A stretch of 32,000 nt of DNA. Source: Candidatus Methylomirabilis limnetica. GTDB taxonomy: Bacteria; Methylomirabilota; Methylomirabilia; Methylomirabilales; Methylomirabilaceae. The notes beneath the pieces were generated by a model. The model was not told the origin of the DNA and searched no databases. It saw only the letters and a list, made by a program, of their open reading frames with translations. The translations under genes and the position numbers were made by a program. This document shows, one piece after another, positions 26,166 to 32,000 of the stretch. The number at the start of each line of letters is the position of its first letter. The first letter of the stretch is position 1. Location of the stretch: the NCBI RefSeq assembly GCF_003044035.1, contig NZ_NVQC01000026.1:39764-71763 (forward strand), in the 5' to 3' direction.

Positions 26166-28770
26166 TGTATGGAGTCCCTTGTGCAGGAGCTGCGGGGTTC
26201 CGGTGTCTCGGCAAGCACGTTCTGAGCCCTGTCGAAGGGCCTGTCCTGAGCCCCGCCGAAGGGGTCGTCCCACGTTTAGCGCTGAGAGCCACAGCAAGGC
26301 GACGCTTGGCCCCTGTCTGCTTGACCAAGGCGATTTCGAGCACCTGGTCCATATGGTCCACGAACACGAACTCCATGCCCCGCTTCACATTGGCAGGAAG
26401 CTCTTTGATATCCTTGTCGTTCCTCGCCGGGACCACCACTGTATGGATGCCCATTCTTCTCGCTGCCAACGCCTTTTCCTTGATCCCACCGATCGGCAGG
26501 ACCTTGCCGCGAAGAGTCACCTCTCCGGTCATCGCCACGTCCCTCCTAACGGGCACCTTGGTCAGGGCGGAAATCAGCGCTACGGCCATCGTGATACCGG
26601 CTGACGGACCATCCTTGGGGATCGCTCCGGCAGGGACGTGGATATGGATATCAGATTTGGCGAAAAATTCATCCTTGATCCCCAGATCGGCGGATCGCGA
26701 GCGTGCATAGCTCAAGGCGGCTTGGGCCGACTCTTTCATCACCTCACCCAGATGCCCCGTAAGGGAGAGGCCGCCCTTACCGCGTAGGACGCTGCACTCG
26801 ATGTAGATGGTGTCCCCGCCCGCCTGCGTCCACGCGAGACCCGTGGCGACACCGACCTCATCGGTCTCCTGTTCCGAGTCGGACAGAAACTTTGGTGCAC
26901 CTAGAAACCGCTGCAGGACCGCCGGGGTCACCTTGGTCTGTCCCTTTTGCCCTTCCGCCACCAGGCGAGCTACCTTCCTGCAGATAGTGGCGATTTCTCG
27001 CTCCAGGTTCCGGAGCCCGGCCTCCCGGGTATACTCATTGATTATCTTCAGGATCGCCTCGTCGGTGATCAGCAGGCGCTTCTCGTCGATCCCATGTTCC
27101 TGGTACTGCCTGAGAACCAGATAGCGCTTGGCAATATGGAGTTTCTCCTCCTCGGTGTACCCGGAGATATCGATGATCTCCAGCCGATCGCGCAGCGCCG
27201 AGATGATCGGGTCAGCCGTGTTAGCCGTACAGATGAACATTACGTTAGAGAGATCAAAAGCAACGCCGAGGTAGTGGTCGCTGAAGCTATAGTTCTGCTC
27301 CGGGTCCAGCACCTCCAGCAGGGCCGAGGAGGGGTCGCCCCGAAAATCGGTCCCGACCTTGTCCACCTCGTCGATCATAAAGACGGGATTGTTCGATCCG
27401 GCCTGCTTGATCCCCTGGATGATACGACCAGGTAGCGCCCCGATATACGTCCGCCGATGACCGCGGATCTCCGCCTCGTCGCGAACACCGCCCAACGAGA
27501 TCCGGATGAATTTGCGCCCCATGGCGCGGGCGATGGAGCGGCCAAGGGAGGTCTTCCCCACCCCAGGCGGGCCGACGAAGCAGAGAATCGGCCCCTTCAT
27601 CTTCTTCTTCAGCTTGCGAACAGCTAGATATTCGAGGATTCGCTCCTTCACCTTTTCGAGGTCGTAGTGGTCCTCGTTGAGGATCTTCGATGCCTGCTTG
27701 ATCGCCAGTTTGTCCTTGGTCGACCGACTCCACGGCAGCTCAATCAACCAGTCCATATAGGTCCGGATGACAGAGGCCTCCGCTGCGTCGGGGTGCATTC
27801 GGCTGAGCCGCCCTAGCTGCGCCTTCGCCTCGGACTCTACCGCTACGGGCATCTTCGCCTTCTTGATCTTCTTCTCCAGCTCCTGCAGTTCCTGGCTTCG
27901 GTCATCGGTGTCACCCAGCTCTTTCTGGATGGCCTTCAACTGCTCCCGAAGGTAATACTCCCGATGAGTCTTGTCCATTTCCTCCCGAGCCTGGCTCTGG
28001 ATTCGATGCTGAACATCGAGCACCTCGAGCTCCTTGCTTAGCAGCTCGCTGACCCTCTTCAGGCGCTGGATCGGATCGAACAGTTCCAGCACCTCTTGGG
28101 CCTGTTCCATCTTCAGATCCAGGTGACTGGCCACGAGGTCAGCCAGGCGGCCCGAGTGCTCGAGGTTGTTGATAATCACCACCACATCCGACGAGATCTG
28201 TTTCCCGAGGGTTACGCTCTTGCTCACCAACTCTTTGACCGAACGGATCAGGGCCTCCACCTCAACGTCCGACGTGACCAGATCCGTTTCGGGGACTTCG
28301 GCGATCCTCGCCTCGAAGTAGAGTTCCCGCCGCTCAACCCCAATGACCCTGGCGCGGGACAGACCCTGAACCAACACCTTTACCCGCCCGTCCGGCATCT
28401 TGAGCATTCGCATGATCATCGCCACGGTCCCGACCGAGTGGATCTCATCGGCGCCGGGATCCTCCTTCTCGGCATCCCGTTGCGCCACCAGCAAGATAAG
28501 GCGGTCCCTCGAAAGCGCTTCGTCTACCGCTCTTACCGATTTCTCCCGACCTACAAAGAGAGGCAAGATCATGAAGGGATAGATCACCACGTCTCGCACC
28601 GGTAGGAGCGGGATCGTGCCAGGCACCTTCCGAGCTTGTCCCTCGGTTGTGGTCTCAGTGATCTCAGCGTCAGGGACCGACAGTTCCTCTGTACTTTCCA
28701 CCGTTCCTTCGATCGAACTCAGGACAGGCTTCTCGTCCGCCACGGCTCTCAGTTCTCCTTTCGATCCCAC
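26158..28770 (-). CDS. lon: ATP-dependent Lon protease (LonA)
   Basis: N-domain [26 protein letters not shown], Walker [10 protein letters not shown], and protease Ser-Lys dyad region [19 protein letters not shown]...GGIKEK. The start is uncertain (GTG at 28770, 28743 or 28626). The C-terminus runs ~45 aa past the usual end. Confidence 0.95.
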   Translation of the reverse strand: MGSKGELRAVADEKPVLSSIEGTVESTEELSVPDAEITETTTEGQARKVPGTIPLLPVRDVVIYPFMILPLFVGREKSVRAVDEALSRDRLILLVAQRDAEKEDPGADEIHSVGTVAMIMRMLKMPDGRVKVLVQGLSRARVIGVERRELYFEARIAEVPETDLVTSDVEVEALIRSVKELVSKSVTLGKQISSDVVVIINNLEHSGRLADLVASHLDLKMEQAQEVLELFDPIQRLKRVSELLSKELEVLDVQHRIQSQAREEMDKTHREYYLREQLKAIQKELGDTDDRSQELQELEKKIKKAKMPVAVESEAKAQLGRLSRMHPDAAEASVIRTYMDWLIELPWSRSTKDKLAIKQASKILNEDHYDLEKVKERILEYLAVRKLKKKMKGPILCFVGPPGVGKTSLGRSIARAMGRKFIRISLGGVRDEAEIRGHRRTYIGALPGRIIQGIKQAGSNNPVFMIDEVDKVGTDFRGDPSSALLEVLDPEQNYSFSDHYLGVAFDLSNVMFICTANTADPIISALRDRLEIIDISGYTEEEKLHIAKRYLVLRQYQEHGIDEKRLLITDEAILKIINEYTREAGLRNLEREIATICRKVARLVAEGQKGQTKVTPAVLQRFLGAPKFLSDSEQETDEVGVATGLAWTQAGGDTIYIECSVLRGKGGLSLTGHLGEVMKESAQAALSYARSRSADLGIKDEFFAKSDIHIHVPAGAIPKDGPSAGITMAVALISALTKVPVRRDVAMTGEVTLRGKVLPIGGIKEKALAARRMGIHTVVVPARNDKDIKELPANVKRGMEFVFVDHMDQVLEIALVKQTGAKRRLAVALSAKRGTTPSAGLRTGPSTGLRTCLPRHRNPAAPAQGTPYSV
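26222..26264 (-). repeat. REP-like motif, one and a half units (copy 3 of the 6201-type motif)
   Basis: The minus strand reads CCCCTTCGGCGGGGCTCAGGACAGGC followed by CCTTCGACAGGGCTCAG. It lies inside the 3' extension of the lon ORF. Confidence 0.8.
28706..28729 (+). repeat. REP-like motif TCCTTCGATCGAACTCAGGACAGGC (copy 2)
   Basis: It matches 6201-6225 and lies within the putative N-terminal extension of lon (the translated PVLSSIEG stretch). Confidence 0.75.
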
Positions 28771-29654
28771 TCCACGGTCGCTCCCACCTCATCCAGATTG
28801 AGTGTCCTCAGGTATTCCCGCAATCCTGGTGCCAGATCCGGACGCTTGAGCGCAAACTGTAAGGTTGCCTTCAAAAAACCAAGTTTACTCCCGGCGTCAT
28901 ACCGACGCCCGTGAAACGCGAGTCCATACATCGTTTGTGTTCTCAGCAGCACCCGCAGACCATTCGTGAGCTGAACCTCTCCTCCTTTATCCCGGGGAGT
29001 CTGTTCAAGAGCCTCAAAGATCTCTGGTGTCAGAATGTAGCGCCCGACAATGGCCAGGTCAGACGGAGCTACTGCCGGGGACGGCTTTTCCACCAGATCC
29101 AGGATCTGATAGATCGTCTCCTCAACTGGCTTGGGGTCGATGATCCCGTAGCTGCTGGTTTCCTCCTTGCTGACCTGCTGCACAGCAATGATCGAGGACT
29201 GATACCGTTCAAATGCCGAGATCATCTGCTTGAGACAGGGGACCTCGGCATCGATGATGTCGTCTCCAAGCAAGACAGCAAAGGGCTCATTCCCCACGAG
29301 CGCTCTTGCCAACAGGATCGCGTGTCCCAAGCCGAGGGGCTCCTCTTGGCGGATGTAGCAAAACGACGCCAACCCGGAGATCCGCTCGATCTCCCGCAAC
29401 TGCTCCTCCTTGCCCTGCCGCCTAAGGGAGGTTTCTAATTCCAGCGATCGGTCAAAGTGGTTCTCGATCGCGTCCTTCCCACGTCCGGTCACAATGATGA
29501 TGTCCTCGATCCCAGACGCAGCGGCTTCCTCCACCACATACTGGATGGTAGGCTTGTCCACGATCGGAAGCATCTCTTTCGGCTGTGCCTTCGTTGCGGG
29601 GAGGAACCGCGTCCCCAAACCCGCAGCGGGCACAATTGCTTTACGAATCCGCAT
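28749..29654 (-). CDS. galU: UTP--glucose-1-phosphate uridylyltransferase
   Basis: [44 protein letters not shown] and VEKP blocks. 301 aa. Confidence 0.95.
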   Translation of the reverse strand: MRIRKAIVPAAGLGTRFLPATKAQPKEMLPIVDKPTIQYVVEEAAASGIEDIIIVTGRGKDAIENHFDRSLELETSLRRQGKEEQLREIERISGLASFCYIRQEEPLGLGHAILLARALVGNEPFAVLLGDDIIDAEVPCLKQMISAFERYQSSIIAVQQVSKEETSSYGIIDPKPVEETIYQILDLVEKPSPAVAPSDLAIVGRYILTPEIFEALEQTPRDKGGEVQLTNGLRVLLRTQTMYGLAFHGRRYDAGSKLGFLKATLQFALKRPDLAPGLREYLRTLNLDEVGATVEWDRKEN

Positions 29655-30018
29655 TGGTCAAGCCCACCCTGCTTCTACTCGAACTGCAAGAGAACGCTGC
29701 AACCTTAAGAGAAGATCCCGGGCGAACCTGAGGCGGGATCATATCTGCTAATGACCGCTCTGGAAAAGCCAGCACTGAGGACGGTGACCTTCGTGCCCGA
29801 GCGCACCCCTTTTCCGCCCAGACGAGCAGAGCCAGGCACAAGGTGCCCGAAAACCACACGATCGGGTTTCGCTTTCGCGAAAGATCCTCAGCTCCCTTGA
29901 TTCATACGCTTCTTTAATGACTTTAATTGTTTTTTATAGCATCTTTCGCCAAAAAGTCAAGCACCTGGGGCTGAACGTAGCAGCTAGGCACCCAACATCA
30001 CGGCAGATCTTTTCTGCG

Positions 30019-30047
30019 TTGACAAGAACCCTGTTTCGATATACAAA
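30019..30047 (+). promoter_or_regulatory. Candidate sigma70-type promoter for the OmpA-like gene (TTGACA-N17-TACAAA)
   Basis: A perfect -35 TTGACA sits at 30019-30024. An AT-rich -10 candidate TACAAA (30042-47) or TATACA (30040-45) follows. It lies ~90 nt upstream of ATG 30138, in the most AT-rich stretch of the window. Pattern only. Confidence 0.35.
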
Positions 30048-30137
30048 ATGTTATTCATTCAGTGGGTTGTCCCTCCGCTATGCGAAGGGCTCAGCTAATG
30101 CTATTAACGGATTTCACGTCTTGCAATGGGGGAGAGC

Positions 30138-30797
30138 ATGAAGAAATTGAAGGTTACAGTCCTTATAGCTGTGTTGTTCATAACAGGCTGCGCTAGCCAG
30201 CGACCCTGATATAACGCGCTCATATGCTCGGTGGCTGGAGGCGCCGCTGGCGCCGCAATTGGGGGAGGCGCTGCAGGGGGGAGGGAGGCTGGATATGGAG
30301 CTGCCGCCGGTGCGGTGGTGGGCGGAATTCTCTGCGCGGCGTTAACTCCCGGGGCGACTCCTGTGGATAGTGATGGGGATGGCGTAGCGGACGACAAAGA
30401 TCAGTGCCCAGGCACTCCTCATGGCGTAAAAGTGAATCAGCTCGGATGCCCGGAGCGAGAACCCATCGTCCTGAAAGGTGTGAACTTTGCGTACGATTCG
30501 GCCGAGCTGACCCAGAAATCTTTTGCGATTCTGGATGGTACTGCGAAGGTTCTCACCAAACACCCTGCCCTAAAGATCATTATTGCCGGCCATACGGACA
30601 GTATGGGCACGGCGGATTACAATAAGAAGCTGTCGCAGCAGCGTGCCGAGTCGGTGATGAACCACCTGATCTCACGTGGCGTAAGGTCAGCCAATCTCAC
30701 TGCTGTAGGATTCGGGGAAGAACAGCCGATCGCGTCGAACGATGAGGTTGAAGGTCGCGCAAAGAATCGGCGAGTTGAACTGCAACCGCAAGAGTAA
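30138..30797 (+). pseudogene. OmpA/Pal-family peptidoglycan-associated lipoprotein interrupted by an in-frame TGA
   Basis: ATG 30138 encodes a lipoprotein signal MKKLKVTVLIAVLFITGCASQRP, then TGA at 30207-30209. The same frame continues YNALICSVAGGAAGAAIGGGAAGG (glycine zipper), then DSDGDGVADDKDQCPG (TSP3-like), then an OmpA_C domain (NFAYDSAEL...GHTDSMGTADYNKKLSQQRAESV...NRRVEL). The track ORF 30231-30797 lacks any signal peptide. Confidence 0.7.
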
Positions 30798-30945
30798 CTG
30801 AAGTTTGATGGGGGCTTAGGTCCTCATCAGTTCAGTGGCTCACCGGCGTACGAGTGTGAACAGTGTGGCTGGGCCGCGATGCGGACCAGCCACACTGTCA
30901 TCCGGGTCCGGTACTTCTCTCGCGGGGGACTGGCTTTTCCGTTTG

Positions 30946-31127
30946 TTGAATCTGCTGGGGGTTCATTCCCCGCGGCTTGCCGCAAGCTCGTCATACCGGC
31001 GGAAGCCGGTATCCAGAGGGCCCGACTAGATTCCCCCGTATCAAGTACGGGGCAGGCGTGTCAAGCACGGAATGACGGGCCAGAACAGAAGACGATACCC
31101 CGTAGCTTGCTGCGGGGTAGTTCGTTC
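30946..31127 (+). mobile_element. MITE/REP-like ~180-bp element, family 2 (copy D)
   Basis: Collinear with 19261-19443. It differs by two reciprocal hairpin-sized indels. Confidence 0.85.
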
Positions 31128-31474
31128 TGCTTGTCAAGCAGCCTAAGCCCCTTGATGTAAGATAGTGCCGAGCTTCGACGTCTCTCCCGATTGGGACACA
31201 TCAGTAATGGCTCCCTCTACTTTTGGATTGTACTTCCCTCTTGGCAAAAGCCGCCAGGCGTGCTAGAGTACCTCGAAACTGTAGTAGCAAGATCGATCGA
31301 GACCCTGACGCGGCTCGATCGAGTGTCGAGCTGGGACGTTTTAGAATCTGCACGGCGACTTCTCCGGTGATCCCGCCGTTAGCCCCACTCATCAATCCGA
31401 CCGGACAAACAGCGCGGGCGCTTCTTTGCTCATCTCTGATGACAGGTGCGCCCAACCACCGCAGTAGGAGGAGT

Positions 31475-32000
31475 ATGCCGTTTTCATCATTCACCCTGAA
31501 CGCTAACCTTTTGAAAGCCATCCACACCATGGGGTTTGAGAAGCCCACGCCGATCCAAAGTCTCGCTGTGCCGCCCCTCATGGAGGGCCGCGACGTTATG
31601 GCTACCGCCGTGACAGGGAGCGGTAAGACCGCGGCGTTTCTCCTGCCTATCCTCCACCGCCTCATGGAGAAGCCCAGGGGCACCACGAGGGCGCTCATCC
31701 TGGCGCCCACCCGGGAACTGGCGGCGCAGATTGCGGAGCACTTTCACGCGCTCGCCGTACACACGTCTCTGAAGGGCGCCGCAGTCTACGGGGGCGTCTC
31801 CATGGGACCCCAGGAAGGAGCATTCCGCCGAGGCGTGGACGTCCTGGTCGCGACCCCCGGCAGGCTCCTCGATCACTGCCAGTACCCGTATGCGCGCCTC
31901 ACCGGCATCGAGTACCTGGTACTCGATGAAGCAGACCGCATGCTCGATATGGGCTTTCTGCCCGACATCCGCCGCATCCTGGCGCATGTCCCAAAGAAAG
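31475..32000 (+). CDS. DEAD-box ATP-dependent RNA helicase (N-terminal part; continues past the right edge)
   Basis: Own translation from ATG 31475, which has an AGGAGGAG Shine-Dalgarno upstream. Q-motif GFEKPTPIQ, motif I TGSGKT, motif Ia APTRELA, motif Ib TPGRL, motif II LVLDEADRMLDMGF. It is absent from the track because no stop falls in the window. It is preceded by a ~340-nt non-coding leader. Confidence 0.92.
   Translation, partial: MPFSSFTLNANLLKAIHTMGFEKPTPIQSLAVPPLMEGRDVMATAVTGSGKTAAFLLPILHRLMEKPRGTTRALILAPTRELAAQIAEHFHALAVHTSLKGAAVYGGVSMGPQEGAFRRGVDVLVATPGRLLDHCQYPYARLTGIEYLVLDEADRMLDMGFLPDIRRILAHVPKK

Noticed and set aside
29641-29859. A 72-aa minus-strand ORF upstream of galU might be a small protein.
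   Set aside because: It overlaps the galU start in another frame, has no recognisable motif or ribosome-binding site, and lies in what is more simply the galU leader/promoter region.
30207-30209. The in-frame TGA in the OmpA-like gene might encode selenocysteine.
   Set aside because: No convincing SECIS-like stem-loop lies at the expected ~11-40 nt downstream; there is only a short GGCGCC-GCT-GGCGCC palindrome. The position, a few residues after a lipobox cysteine, has no redox context. No sel genes are nearby.
31201-31987. Minus-strand ORFs 31201-31710 and 31487-31987.
   Set aside because: They lie antisense to the strongly supported DEAD-box helicase gene and its leader, and have Arg/Gly/Ala-rich shadow composition.

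Overview
This 32-kb window looks like it comes from an uncultivated diderm bacterium, judging by LolA, an OmpA/Pal-type lipoprotein, FtsK, Lon, RNase J and GalU. Every gene from base 1 to 29654 is on the minus strand. Only the last ~1.9 kb (an OmpA-like gene and a DEAD-box helicase) is on the plus strand.

The window has four parts.

(1) 1-5500 is visibly more GC-rich, roughly two-thirds G+C by eye. It carries a two-component module: a multi-pass sensor histidine kinase, a CheY-like regulator and a receiver-PAS protein. The kinase/regulator junction is split by a 735-bp cassette. The cassette is an AT-richer four-helix-bundle (23S-IVS/Avd-family) gene bracketed by two in-phase heptanucleotide arrays.

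(2) 5500-6226 is a compositional break containing a relic of an IS91-family transposase C-terminus.

(3) 6226-13949 is a tightly coupled seven-gene inositol-centred cluster. It encodes myo-inositol-1-phosphate synthase, an IPCT/DIPPS-type CDP-alcohol phosphotransferase fusion, a Gfo/Idh/MocA oxidoreductase, a class-III aminotransferase, an ATP-grasp enzyme, a stand-alone nucleotidyltransferase and a HAD phosphatase. I cannot match this combination to any characterised pathway, so it is my top candidate for something new.

(4) 14034-29654 is housekeeping: PmbA/TldD, ThpR, CinA, a GAF-GGDEF cyclase, YajQ, LolA, FtsK, RNase J, Lon and GalU.

Nearly every intergenic gap is occupied by short repeat elements. 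These include heptamer-armed palindromic elements (among them plant-telomere-like GGGTTTA runs), two MITE-like families (one copy has a clean 8-bp target-site duplication) and two REP-like motifs. Several of these elements run into the ends of coding regions.

No rRNA, tRNA or CRISPR array was seen. Function calls rest on motifs I recognise in the translations, and no database search was possible.
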